A stretch of 63,948 bases of DNA, filler included, from Candidatus Woesearchaeota archaeon (GCA_018399355.1; 5 parts of 5 records of this genome joined end to end with filler, not necessarily neighbours in it), one strand, 5' to 3'; shown: positions 1 through 9,606, counted from the first letter of the whole stretch. Numbers and translations: made by a program. Notes: generated by a model not told the origin, from the sequence alone.

Positions 1-336
1 GTGGGGGTGTTCACCCATTAAAAGGGATCGTGAGCTGGGTTCAGAACGTTGTGAGACAGTTTGTTTAATATCTGCTGGAGATGCAAGATATCTGAAGGGA
101 AGGACCCTCTAGTACGAGAGGAACGGGGGCTCGGGGCCTCTGGTCTACCGGTTATCTGATAAGGTAAGCCGGGCAGCTACGCCCCAAGGGATAAGTGCTG
201 AAAGCATCTAAGCACGAAGCCTGCCTTGAAAAGAGATATCTTAGGGCACGGGTAGAAGACCCGTTTGATGGGACCGGTGTGTAAGTGCCAAGCTTCGGCG
301 AGGCATTCAGCATGCGGTTTCCAACAGCCCATAGTA
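1..336 (+). rRNA. rrl: 23S rRNA, 3' end (partial)
   Basis: GAGCTGGGTTCAGAACG..GTGAGACAG (PTC/H93), sarcin-ricin loop CTAGTACGAGAGGAAC at about 108-124, GCTGAAAGCATCTAAG; 3' end approximate. Confidence 0.97.
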
Positions 337-460
337 CTTTGCTTATGCATGGTTTTTCATATATTTTATTTCTATTGTGATTAAACCAGGTTAGCGTGAG
401 CTTTAATTGAAAAAATATTTAAACATCAGTTTAACTCTTTAAAAAAAGGTGATTAGTTAT

Positions 461-736
461 ATGAAAAAGATAAAATTTATAGAGCTTGATGTGCTTAAGC
501 CAAACAATCTTAAAGTTCTTGATTTGGCAAAAGAAGTTGCATCTTTGGGAGAATTTTATTCTGTAAGCATTAAGGTTATGGAAAGAGACAGGGAAACAGA
601 AAGCACACAAATGTTTGTTGAGGCAGACAATATTGATTATGAAAAGCTGATTAAAAAAATAGAAGATTCAGGCGCAACTGTGCACAGTATTGATGTGGTT
701 GGTGTTGGTCCAAAACCAACAAAAATCTGGAAATGA
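461..736 (+). CDS. DUF211 family protein
   Basis: LDVLKP and GATVHSIDVV motifs; GGTGA SD before ATG 461; usual partner of the downstream VIT1-like gene. Confidence 0.85.
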   Translation: MKKIKFIELDVLKPNNLKVLDLAKEVASLGEFYSVSIKVMERDRETESTQMFVEADNIDYEKLIKKIEDSGATVHSIDVVGVGPKPTKIWK

Positions 737-1305
737 ATATAATTAAAACCTTAAAATTAACTGGCGCTGATAAGATAGCGAGAAGGTATTTTGTAGTTAA
801 TTCATTTGATGGTATACTGACTTCATTAGGAATAATTATTGGTATATATGCAGGAGGATTAGCATCCCCTAAAGTAATAATTGTAGCTGTTCTCGGAGCA
901 GCAATCGCGCTTACTGTTTCTGGTGTTTCCTCTGGTTATATCAGCGAAGAAGCTGAGCATAAAAGTTCTATGAAACAAATAGAAAGGGCAATGCTTAAAG
1001 ATATTTCTAAAACAAAAATGGGAAAATCAACGAGAAAATCTCCGTTGATTGTTGCCTTGGTAAATGGTTTTTCTCCTGGATTAGCTTGTATTATAATAAT
1101 ATTCCCTGCATTTTTAACATCATGGGGGATTCTTCCTGAATCTTATCTTTTAAACTCAATGGTGGCTATTTCCTTTCTTATGCTAATAACACTAGGAATT
1201 ATTCTTGGAAAAAGAGCAAAGGAAAATGTATTGAAGTATGCTATTAAGGCCTTGCTTATAGGAATAATTGCTGCTGCGCTTACATCACTGATTGCGCTTT
1301 TTTAG
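733..1305 (+). CDS. VIT1/CCC1-like membrane protein (TIGR00267 type)
   Basis: RRYFVVNSFDGILT, SGYISEEAE, several TM segments. Confidence 0.85.
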   Translation: MNIIKTLKLTGADKIARRYFVVNSFDGILTSLGIIIGIYAGGLASPKVIIVAVLGAAIALTVSGVSSGYISEEAEHKSSMKQIERAMLKDISKTKMGKSTRKSPLIVALVNGFSPGLACIIIIFPAFLTSWGILPESYLLNSMVAISFLMLITLGIILGKRAKENVLKYAIKALLIGIIAAALTSLIALF

Positions 1306-1311
1306 TTGATT

Positions 1312-2721
1312 TTAAGGATTAACAGAAACTGTTTTCTTTTTCATGTTTCCAACGGCCCATCTTTTTTTATATTTATTGCTTGCAAAATAAATTTCCCTTG
1401 GAGAATGGATTGGCTGTTCTAAGGATTTAGTTAATAAATCAACTGCAGGGACAAGTTTACTTCTTTCTTTTTTATAAGGTTCATCAATAAGTTCATAAAC
1501 CTCTTTTGGAACAAATGCCTGTTTTATTGCTTCTTTAATTGTTTTTTTATAATAATCCTTATCTACATCATCTATGAAATAGAATTTATATCCGGCCTTT
1601 TCGGCAAGCTCTCTTTTATCCGCTATTGTTCTAAAATAATTTTCATCGTGAATAAAATTATCTTCTACAGAGCCTACTTCAATTATTATATTTCCAACAA
1701 CAAAATCTGCTATATATTTTCTATCTGTTTTAATTATATCTTTATAGTTAATCTGTCTTCTGTAAAAAACATTTAATCTATCAAATATTTTTCTAATGTG
1801 ATTTTCAAAAGTTGATGTAGTAACTTTGCTTGATAGCCCTCTGTAACCATCATATATTTTTTTGAATTTACTAAGAAACATTCTTCTATGTTTTGGCCTG
1901 ACATTATACTCCCTCATATATTCTTCTGCATCATCTCTTCTATTATTAATAAACAAGATGTATGCTTCTTTATTTATTTTAGAAAGATCTTTAGGTTTAA
2001 AGCCATGGCCAAACAAATCCATTAAGGCCCATTCATACCTTCCAAAAAGCTCTCTTATATTTTTATATAATCCTGGCTTATCTTTTTTGAATTCTTTTAC
2101 TTTTACTCTCTCCTTAAAATCTAATAAGTTTAAATGAAGTTGAATTTCAGTCACTTTTGAAAAAATATCCTTATATTCTCTTGAATCAGAATTTAAGTTT
2201 GACATGATTCCAACAAGGCCGAATCTTTTAACAACATAATCAAATTCCTCTGGTCTTATAACAGATGATGCTATGTAATCTTCTCTTGAGGGTTTGTTTT
2301 CAAATATAGCTCTTATAATGTTTTCTTTTGATATAATATCATTATTTTCCTTTAAGAAATCACCTTTGTTTATTTTTTCAAGGTTAATTCTATGCTCTAA
2401 ATCATCAATCTCATTTAAGTCTTTTTCAAGAAAGTTTATTTTTTTAATTTCTTCTTTTTTAATTGCTTCTTCTATGTCTTTAAATAAGGTATTTATTGAT
2501 TCATCTATTTCATTTGGATTTTTGCAGTGAGGAAAGCCTCGAGAAAATTGTTTTATGGTTTTTGGAATATCTTTTTTGAAATTCTGTGGATTATATCCAT
2601 ATAGAAAAATGAATGATTTCAATTTTTCATAAGGCAGAATATCAATACATTGATGAAAATAATCCTTGTCTTTTTTCTCAAATTCCACTAAATCTTTAAG
2701 TGTTTTTTGTGACATAACCAC
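1312..2721 (-). CDS. Hypothetical protein with C-terminal PD-(D/E)XK-like nuclease domain
   Basis: 469-aa ORF; FE..I...YRRQ...YIADFVVGNIIIEVG resembles DUF559/Vsr-like nuclease core. Confidence 0.55.
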   Translation of the reverse strand: MVMSQKTLKDLVEFEKKDKDYFHQCIDILPYEKLKSFIFLYGYNPQNFKKDIPKTIKQFSRGFPHCKNPNEIDESINTLFKDIEEAIKKEEIKKINFLEKDLNEIDDLEHRINLEKINKGDFLKENNDIISKENIIRAIFENKPSREDYIASSVIRPEEFDYVVKRFGLVGIMSNLNSDSREYKDIFSKVTEIQLHLNLLDFKERVKVKEFKKDKPGLYKNIRELFGRYEWALMDLFGHGFKPKDLSKINKEAYILFINNRRDDAEEYMREYNVRPKHRRMFLSKFKKIYDGYRGLSSKVTTSTFENHIRKIFDRLNVFYRRQINYKDIIKTDRKYIADFVVGNIIIEVGSVEDNFIHDENYFRTIADKRELAEKAGYKFYFIDDVDKDYYKKTIKEAIKQAFVPKEVYELIDEPYKKERSKLVPAVDLLTKSLEQPIHSPREIYFASNKYKKRWAVGNMKKKTVSVNP

Positions 2722-2813
2722 TAAATAATAGTTAATTATTTAAATTAGTTTAGTTTTTCATTTAAAAAGCATATCAAAGATATCAGAATATCAAAAACAT
2801 TTGGGAAACTAAA

Positions 2814-3926
2814 ATGATAAATGAAAATATGATTTATGAATATGTGTATGGTAAAGAAAACTTGATTTTACCTGATGTTACAGTTATTACTGAAGAAAAG
2901 GGAATTGCAAGTAATTTTAGGGTTGTTAAATCAGATAAGGTTCTGTTCCCAGAAGCTGCAAATAATTTAGAGGGTGCAAGATCACTCAAAAAAAGTTTAT
3001 CTAACATTCAAGAACTTTCAAAAGACTTAAATTATTCTATTTCAAAAGCCAATTTAAATGAATTTAAAGATTTTGGAATACAAAAAGGAGCAAAAGAAAT
3101 TGTTGAATCAATATTAACTAAATATGTTGATATATGCAGGGAAAAGAGAGAGAAAAAATTAGGTTTTGGGCCTGGAATACAATACAATTTCTTTGGTTTT
3201 GGACCTGAAGGAATAGAAGTTACGCTTGGAAATTATGGAACATTTGCTGCAACACTTTTAAAAAGTGCAGAAGATAAAAATTATAAAAAATTTCTTATAG
3301 AACAAGGTAAGAGAGTATTAGGCAAAAGGCAGGGATTTTTTGTTAATCCTCCTGCAACAAATGCTATATGTGAGACAAAGGAGGGTTATGTATTATTTGT
3401 AAACAGGGGTCCAACTGCAGAGTATAGTAAGATGTACCATAACCTTGCTGCAGGGCATCATGACCCTGAAAAATTAAGTGACAAGGGAAAAATTCCACTT
3501 GATGAGCTAATAGTTCACCAGATCAATCAAGAAGTTGGTTTATCAAAAAATGATTTGGAAAAGTTCAGTTTCAATGGTATTGCATTTTCTGCTGGATATG
3601 ATAATAATATAATTGGAACAGAAAAAGTAGAGGTATTAACATATGCAAGAATTAATAAAGATATAAAAGAAATTCTCAAAAGCCTGGAAAATGCACCACA
3701 TAAGTGGGAAACAAGACAGCTGCTTTCAGTACCAAAAGAAAATTTAAATTATTTAATTAAGAAAACATCTGATTCAAAAAAACCAGTTGGTTTTATCCCT
3801 GAATTAGAAAAATATTCTAGTGATGTGCAACCAGGAAATGATCCAAATTCAAAATCTTATTGGGTTCCTGTTGGTCTTGCTAACCTGATTACACATACAG
3901 GAGTAAATCCCTATGTTCTTGAATAG
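2814..3926 (+). CDS. Nudix-fold-like hypothetical protein
   Basis: NAICETKEGYVLFVNR..AAGHHDP..INQEVGL is a degenerate Nudix box. Confidence 0.5.
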   Translation: MINENMIYEYVYGKENLILPDVTVITEEKGIASNFRVVKSDKVLFPEAANNLEGARSLKKSLSNIQELSKDLNYSISKANLNEFKDFGIQKGAKEIVESILTKYVDICREKREKKLGFGPGIQYNFFGFGPEGIEVTLGNYGTFAATLLKSAEDKNYKKFLIEQGKRVLGKRQGFFVNPPATNAICETKEGYVLFVNRGPTAEYSKMYHNLAAGHHDPEKLSDKGKIPLDELIVHQINQEVGLSKNDLEKFSFNGIAFSAGYDNNIIGTEKVEVLTYARINKDIKEILKSLENAPHKWETRQLLSVPKENLNYLIKKTSDSKKPVGFIPELEKYSSDVQPGNDPNSKSYWVPVGLANLITHTGVNPYVLE

Positions 3927-3969
3927 TTAAAACAAAAGCATTTTAAATGTACTATTTTTCTTTTTAGTT

Positions 3970-4935
3970 ATGATATGCTTAGGAATTGAGAGCACGGCCC
4001 ACACATTCGGAATTGGGATTGTAAAAGACAAAATAGTACTGGCCAATGTGAATCACTCCTACACCACAAAGTCAGGAGGAATGATTCCATTTAATGCAGC
4101 AGAACATCATATAGATGTATGTGATAAATTAATTAAGGATGCATTGGAAAAAGCCAATGTAAAATTACAAGATATTGATTTGATCTCTTTTTCGCAGGGG
4201 CCTGGAATAGGCCATACTTTACGTATTGGAGCAATGGTTGCAAGAATATTGTCATTAAAATTAAAAAAGCCGATAATAGGGGTTAACCACTGCATTGCGC
4301 ATCTGGAAATTGGAAAATTATTGACAGATGCAAAAGACCCTGTTTTATTGTATGCATCAGGAGCAAACACCCAGATTATTGCGTTTGAAGGTGGAAAATA
4401 CAGAATATTTGGAGAGACCTTGGATATTGGAACTGGAAATTTCCTGGATGCATTTGCAAGATATATTGGCCTTGGTTTTCCTGGTGGGCCTAAGTTAGAC
4501 AAATTAAGCAAAGATGGAAAAAATTTTATTGAATTGCCTTATGTTGTTAAAGGAATGGACGTAAGTTTTGGCGGTTTGTTGACTAACTTAAAGCAGAAGT
4601 ATGATTCAAAAAAATATTCTGATGCTGACTTAGCTTACTCATTGCAGGAGACTGCATTTGCAATGCTTTTGGAAGTCAGCGAAAGGGCAATGTATCACTG
4701 TGATAAAAAAGAGTTATTATTGGGTGGAGGAGTTGCATGCAACACAAGGCTTCAGGAAATGGCAAAAATCATGTGCAGGGAAAATAATTCAAAATGTTTT
4801 ATACTTGAAAATCAGTTTAATGTTGATAATGCTGCAATGATTGCATGGCTTGGATTAAAGGAATATAATGATGGAAAAAGGCAAAAGATTGAGGATACAG
4901 AGATAAAGCCATACTGGAGGACAGATGAATTCTGA
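3970..4935 (+). CDS. kae1: tRNA threonylcarbamoyladenosine synthase Kae1 (KEOPS)
   Basis: LGIESTAHTFG, SQGPG, VNHCIAHLEIG, GETLDIG, DNAAMIA. Confidence 0.97.
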   Translation: MICLGIESTAHTFGIGIVKDKIVLANVNHSYTTKSGGMIPFNAAEHHIDVCDKLIKDALEKANVKLQDIDLISFSQGPGIGHTLRIGAMVARILSLKLKKPIIGVNHCIAHLEIGKLLTDAKDPVLLYASGANTQIIAFEGGKYRIFGETLDIGTGNFLDAFARYIGLGFPGGPKLDKLSKDGKNFIELPYVVKGMDVSFGGLLTNLKQKYDSKKYSDADLAYSLQETAFAMLLEVSERAMYHCDKKELLLGGGVACNTRLQEMAKIMCRENNSKCFILENQFNVDNAAMIAWLGLKEYNDGKRQKIEDTEIKPYWRTDEF

Positions 4936-5584
4936 GAATCATGAACAAATTGAAGATCATTTACAAGAAGATAAAGGAAAAAGTCCTTTTATTTACATTA
5001 TTTCTCTTTTCATGGTTCTGCTAATGTTATTGTGGATTATTCCTTATTATTCTGTAAGGCTTGACCCAGAGCCAAAGAACATTCCGTCAAAAGAAGATAT
5101 TTTGCCTGAAAAAATTGATTTTGTGGAAAGAAACAACACAATATTTGCAACAAACCAGTTTATTAAATTAATTGACCCTAATGATCCTCTGATAAAGCAG
5201 ACAGCATCCAAGGTTGCATCACAGTCATGCGACAGCGGAAAGGTCTGCCAGGCAAAGGCGATATTTTACTTTGTGAGAGATAATTTCAAATATGTGAGTG
5301 ATCCAAGAACAGAGTATATTGAGTCTGCAAGGGAGGTTTTGGCAACAGGAGGTGCTGACTGTGATGGAATGGCTGTGCTGCTTGCTAATCTCCAGGAAGC
5401 AATAGGAATTGAGACAAGGTTTGTTTTTATTCCAGGCCATGTATATGTCCAGATTAAGCTTGAGGACGCATTAAAAAAATACAAAACACAAGATGGTTGG
5501 ATAAATTTAGACCCAACATGCAGCCATTGTGAATTCGGCGAGATTCCATACCAAAACATAGAAAGCAGAAAAACATATGTTTAA
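4925..5584 (+). CDS. Membrane-anchored transglutaminase-like (Cys-His-Asp) protein
   Basis: N-terminal TM; YVSDP, GADCDG, GHVY, WINLDPT. Confidence 0.85.
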   Translation: MNSENHEQIEDHLQEDKGKSPFIYIISLFMVLLMLLWIIPYYSVRLDPEPKNIPSKEDILPEKIDFVERNNTIFATNQFIKLIDPNDPLIKQTASKVASQSCDSGKVCQAKAIFYFVRDNFKYVSDPRTEYIESAREVLATGGADCDGMAVLLANLQEAIGIETRFVFIPGHVYVQIKLEDALKKYKTQDGWINLDPTCSHCEFGEIPYQNIESRKTYV

Positions 5585-5641
5585 CAAAAGATTTATAAAC
5601 TAGCAAAAAGTCACTATTTAAAGTAAGTAATAATGATTATT

Positions 5642-5696
5642 ACAGCGTTCCCGTGGACTACGCGGCCTTTTGGGCCAGTAGGAGGGTGGAGGTTGT
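5642..5696 (+). promoter_or_regulatory. Structured 5' leader with k-turn upstream of rpl1
   Basis: CCC-GUG-GA-CUAC..GUAG-GA-GGG, inner GGCC/GGCC hairpin, outer ACAGC/GUUGU stem overlapping SD GGAGGU; TATA-like TTTATAAA at about 5592. Confidence 0.65.
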
Positions 5697-5700
5697 TTCA

Positions 5701-6354
5701 ATGGACAAAAAGAAGTTATTAGAAGCCTTAAAAAAGGCAAAAGAAGATTCTAAGAAGAGAAATTTCAATCAAAAGGTTGATTTAATTGTAAATCTAAGAG
5801 ATTTAGATTTAAAGAAGCCAGAACATCAAGTAGAGTTCTTTTTAAAGCTTCAACATGATAAAGGAAAAAACTCCAGAGTATGCGCTCTGGTATCGCCTGA
5901 GCTTGCTTCAAAGGCAAAATCAGCCTGTGACAATGTTGTGGTAGTTGATGATTTTGAAAAATACGCAAAAGACAAAAAGCTTTCAAAAAAGCTCTGTAAT
6001 GATTATGATTTCTTTATTGCGCAGTCAAATATAATGCCAAAGGTTGCTGCAACATTTGGTAGAACTTTTGGTCCAAGGGGAAAAATGCCAAATCCTAAAG
6101 CAGGCTGTGTTGTAACAGAAAAAACAGACCTTAATAACTTATCTGAAGATCTCAGGAAAACAATAAAGGTTTCAGCCAAGACAAGCCTTATTGTACAATT
6201 AATGGTGGGAAATGAAAAAATGGATGAAAACCAGGTTGTTGATAATGCATACAATGCCTATGACCAGTTAATCCATCATTTGCCAAATGAAAAGCACAAT
6301 ATCAAATCTATTTTTTTAAAGCTTACAATGGGTAAGCCTGTAAGGGTGTTATAA
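5701..6354 (+). CDS. rpl1: 50S ribosomal protein uL1
   Basis: KRNFNQKVDLIVNL, GPRGKMPNPKAG, LKLTMGKP; SD GGAGG supports ATG 5701. Confidence 0.97.
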   Translation: MDKKKLLEALKKAKEDSKKRNFNQKVDLIVNLRDLDLKKPEHQVEFFLKLQHDKGKNSRVCALVSPELASKAKSACDNVVVVDDFEKYAKDKKLSKKLCNDYDFFIAQSNIMPKVAATFGRTFGPRGKMPNPKAGCVVTEKTDLNNLSEDLRKTIKVSAKTSLIVQLMVGNEKMDENQVVDNAYNAYDQLIHHLPNEKHNIKSIFLKLTMGKPVRVL

Positions 6355-7350
6355 ATGGCTCATGTTTCAGAACAAAAAAAGAAAACAGTGAATGAATTCC
6401 AGAAGCTTGTTGACAGCTACCCTGTTATAGGCTTAGTTGACATGGAAAACCTTCCTGCACCGCAGCTGCAGAAGATGAGATTTCAGCTTAGAGACACGGC
6501 TGTAATAAAGATGACAAAGACAAGATTGATGAAAATTGTTTTTGAAAACTCAAAAGAAAAGAAAAAAGGTATTGAAAATTTTAATGATCATCTTAAGGGA
6601 ATGCCTGCGTTAATATTTACAAAATATGACCCTTTCAAGCTTGCAAAAATATTAAAGAAAAGCAGGTCAAACGCTCCTGCAAAAGCAGGTCAAACTGCAC
6701 CAAAAGACATTGTTGTTACAGCAGGCCCAACATCATTTTCGCCTGGCCCAATAATAAGCGAACTTGCATCAGCAGGAATAAAAACAGCCATAGAAAACGG
6801 CAAGATAGCGATAAAGCAGGATGCTGTTGTTGTAAAAGAAGGAGAAGTAGTGAGTGCCCAGATGGCAGGAATACTTTCAAGGCTGGGTGTTGAACCAATG
6901 GAAATTGGCTTAAATCTTGTGGCAGTTTATGATAATGGTACAATATTCAAAAGAGATGTGCTTGAGATTGATGAAGATGAATTTATGGGCAAGATAAAAC
7001 AGGCTTACAGTTCATCAATTACAATTGCTCTTGAATTATCTTTCCTTACAGATGCAACAACAGAAATAATGATAGCAAAGGCATTCAATAATGCAAAAGC
7101 AGTTGCGCTTACACAGAACATCATAACAGATGAAACAAAAGAGCAGATAATAGCAAAGGCAAACAATGAGATGCTTGCATTAAAGTCAAAGCTTAATATT
7201 CCTGATGTTCCAAAACAAGAAAAAAAGCCAGAAAGTAAACAGGAAACAGAGCAAAAAGAAAAAACAGAACCTAAACAGGAAAAAGAAAACAAGGAAGATA
7301 ATAAGCAAAAACAATCATCAGAGCCGGAAGAAAAATCCGGAGAACAATAA
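6355..7350 (+). CDS. rpl10: 50S ribosomal protein uL10 (P0)
   Basis: LQKMR, APAKAGQTAP, GPTSFSPGP, LSRLGVEPMEIGL. Confidence 0.96.
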   Translation: MAHVSEQKKKTVNEFQKLVDSYPVIGLVDMENLPAPQLQKMRFQLRDTAVIKMTKTRLMKIVFENSKEKKKGIENFNDHLKGMPALIFTKYDPFKLAKILKKSRSNAPAKAGQTAPKDIVVTAGPTSFSPGPIISELASAGIKTAIENGKIAIKQDAVVVKEGEVVSAQMAGILSRLGVEPMEIGLNLVAVYDNGTIFKRDVLEIDEDEFMGKIKQAYSSSITIALELSFLTDATTEIMIAKAFNNAKAVALTQNIITDETKEQIIAKANNEMLALKSKLNIPDVPKQEKKPESKQETEQKEKTEPKQEKENKEDNKQKQSSEPEEKSGEQ

Positions 7351-7368
7351 TAATCGGAGGTAAATAAA

Positions 7369-7674
7369 ATGGAGTATGTATACGCTGCAATGTTGATCCA
7401 CAAAGCTGGAGGAAAAATAGACGAAGGAACAGTAACAAAGGTATTAGAGTCCGCAGGAGCAAAGCCAGATGCTGCAAGAGTAAAGGCATTGGTAGCAGCT
7501 TTCGACGGAGTTGATGTTGAAAAAGTAATAAAGGAAGCATCAGTTGCGCAAGTAGCAGCACCAGCACAGGGAGAATCAAAGCCTGAGGCAAAACAGGAAA
7601 AGAAAGAAGAAAAGAAAGAAGAAAAGAAAAGCGAAGAAGAAGCAGCTGCAGGATTAGGTTCATTATTTGGTTAA
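7369..7674 (+). CDS. rpl12: 50S ribosomal stalk protein P1/L12
   Basis: MEYVYAAMLIH...EEEAAAGLGSLFG. Confidence 0.97.
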   Translation: MEYVYAAMLIHKAGGKIDEGTVTKVLESAGAKPDAARVKALVAAFDGVDVEKVIKEASVAQVAAPAQGESKPEAKQEKKEEKKEEKKSEEEAAAGLGSLFG

Positions 7675-7706
7675 TTTTTTATTTTAACTTTTTAAAGTGA
7701 GAGGAC

Positions 7707-8609
7707 ATGTCAGAAGAAAAGAACAACAGAAAGGATTTAATAAAAAATCTTAACAAATGCAGGAAGGAAATAACCGAGCTGAGAACCACATTAAACCAGT
7801 TGGACAACCAAAAAGAAGAGTGGTTCAAGAAAAAAGAAGATGCTAATAATAAGCTCTCTGAAATCTTTAAAAAAGTAAAAGAGCTTAAGCAAAGCAGGAA
7901 CTCTCTCACCAGCAAAGTAAAGCAACTTAAGGATGTAAGGGAAAAAAACAACAAGCTGATTAAAGAAAAGATTTCTCAGATAAAAAAGACAAACCAGGAA
8001 AAAAAGGATGCCTTCAGCAAATTTAACATAAAAGAAGACCCTTCTAGAATAAAAGATTATATTGAAAAGCTTGAAACAAAGATAGAGACAGAAGTCATGT
8101 CTTTTGATAAAGAGCAGAAGCTTATGAAAGAGATTAAGCTCAAGAAAAAGCAGTTAAACCAGACGGAAAAGGTAAGTGAGGTATGGAAAAAATCAAATTC
8201 ACTTTCAAAAGAAATAGACCAGCTTAAAAAACAGGCTGATGAAGCACATAAAAACATAAAAAACCATGCAAATGAAAGCCAGAAAAAGCATGAGGAAATG
8301 CTTGAATTATTAAAACAGGTTGATGAGCTAAAAAAGCAAGAAGAAGAAGCTTACAAGAAATTCTTTGAGTTCAAGAAAAAGGTTGCAGATTCTAATGATG
8401 AGCTTAAGAAAAAGCTTGTCGAAATAAATGAAATAAACAAAGAGCTTGGAGTGTCAGCACAGGAGTCTAAAAAACAGAAACATGAAAAGCAGGAAAAAAT
8501 TATAAAAGAAAAGCAGGGAGATGTTGAGGAAAAACTTAAAAACAGAAAAAAGCTCACCACAGAAGACCTTCTAGTATTTCAAAGAATGAATGAAAAAGAC
8601 AAGAATTAG
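7707..8609 (+). CDS. Archaeal coiled-coil protein (COG1340-like)
   Basis: Long coiled coil, IETEVMSFDKEQKLM, C-terminal KKLTTEDLLVFQ. Confidence 0.75.
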   Translation: MSEEKNNRKDLIKNLNKCRKEITELRTTLNQLDNQKEEWFKKKEDANNKLSEIFKKVKELKQSRNSLTSKVKQLKDVREKNNKLIKEKISQIKKTNQEKKDAFSKFNIKEDPSRIKDYIEKLETKIETEVMSFDKEQKLMKEIKLKKKQLNQTEKVSEVWKKSNSLSKEIDQLKKQADEAHKNIKNHANESQKKHEEMLELLKQVDELKKQEEEAYKKFFEFKKKVADSNDELKKKLVEINEINKELGVSAQESKKQKHEKQEKIIKEKQGDVEEKLKNRKKLTTEDLLVFQRMNEKDKN

Positions 8610-8620
8610 TTTTTATTAAA

Positions 8621-8818
8621 TTATTTATTCTCAGATTTTTTTGTGAATTCTGTATAGCCGCACTTTCCGCATGATACCCTATCTTTGTGTCTTCCAAGGA
8701 ACACTCCTGGGCCGCATTTAGGACAGAACTTTGCGTTTCTTTTAAGCGCTCCGCCTTCTGTTGAGTAAAGTGATTTTATGTCAACTGCTTTCTTTGGTTT
8801 CTTTTTCTTTTTTGCCAT
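8621..8818 (-). CDS. rps27ae: 30S ribosomal protein eS31 (S27ae)
   Basis: CPKCGPGVFLG.H.DR..CGKCGYTEF. Confidence 0.96.
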   Translation of the reverse strand: MAKKKKKPKKAVDIKSLYSTEGGALKRNAKFCPKCGPGVFLGRHKDRVSCGKCGYTEFTKKSENK

Positions 8819-8828
8819 TTTAAATCAT

Positions 8829-9413
8829 CTATTTTTCTTCTGGTTTTTTGTTATCTTCACTCTTTTTTTGTTCTTTCTTTTCTGCAGGTTTTTCCTGCTC
8901 TTTCACTGGATTTTCCTGTTTTTTAATATCTGATTTCTTCTCGTCATCTTTTTCTTCTGGTTTCTTGTCTTCTTTTTTTGCCTCTGGCTTAGCTTCCTCT
9001 TTGCTCTCTGTTTCTGGTTTCTTTTCTACTTCTGGTTTCTGTTCTTTATTATCTGCTGGTTTTTCTTGTTCTTTGTTCTCTGTTTCTGGTTTTTTCTCTT
9101 CTTTTTTTGGCTCTTGTTTAGGTTCTTCTTTTCCCTCTTGTTTCTTTTTCTCTCCTCTCTTCAATGAATATTCTGGTTCAATCTTTTTCATGTTTTCCTT
9201 TGTTGAGTAAAGGTATGCAAATATTTTTGCAGTACCAAAGCCAAACTCAGGATAGATATGCTTTACAACAAGCAGGTCTTTGTTTGCATTTAATGCCTTG
9301 GCCAGTCTTTCTTTTATTGATTCTCTTGATGGTGTTGAGCCTGTATAGCTGTCCTTTGCTATTATTTCTGTTCTTGATAATAATGATTGTTCGTTTTTTT
9401 CAATTATATCCAT
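8829..9413 (-). CDS. rps24e: 30S ribosomal protein eS24 with long charged C-terminal tail
   Basis: LLSRTEI, TPSR, FGFGTAKIFAYLY; position between spt4 and rps27ae. Confidence 0.92.
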   Translation of the reverse strand: MDIIEKNEQSLLSRTEIIAKDSYTGSTPSRESIKERLAKALNANKDLLVVKHIYPEFGFGTAKIFAYLYSTKENMKKIEPEYSLKRGEKKKQEGKEEPKQEPKKEEKKPETENKEQEKPADNKEQKPEVEKKPETESKEEAKPEAKKEDKKPEEKDDEKKSDIKKQENPVKEQEKPAEKKEQKKSEDNKKPEEK

Positions 9414-9418
9414 GTAAA

Positions 9419-9604
9419 TCACCTAACCTTAATAGCGTATTCTCCTTTTTCAGTTATTCCGATCTTTTTTGCTATCATTGACTTGTTTGCATCAATGATG
9501 TTTATGCGTCCCTGCCAGCTAACAGCTGTCTGGTTGCCTTTACATATCGGGCAGTTATCTCCCTTGTAAAATAATTTGCAGTTTTTGCACACTTTTCTTG
9601 CCAT
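9419..9604 (-). CDS. spt4: Transcription elongation factor Spt4 (RpoE'')
   Basis: CKNC..CPIC..WQG..GEYAIKVR. Confidence 0.95.
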   Translation of the reverse strand: MARKVCKNCKLFYKGDNCPICKGNQTAVSWQGRINIIDANKSMIAKKIGITEKGEYAIKVR

Positions 9605-9606
9605 CT

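Noticed and set aside
5653..5700. GTG-start N-terminal extension of uL1
   Set aside because: SD at 5688-93 supports ATG 5701; the region is better explained as a structured leader
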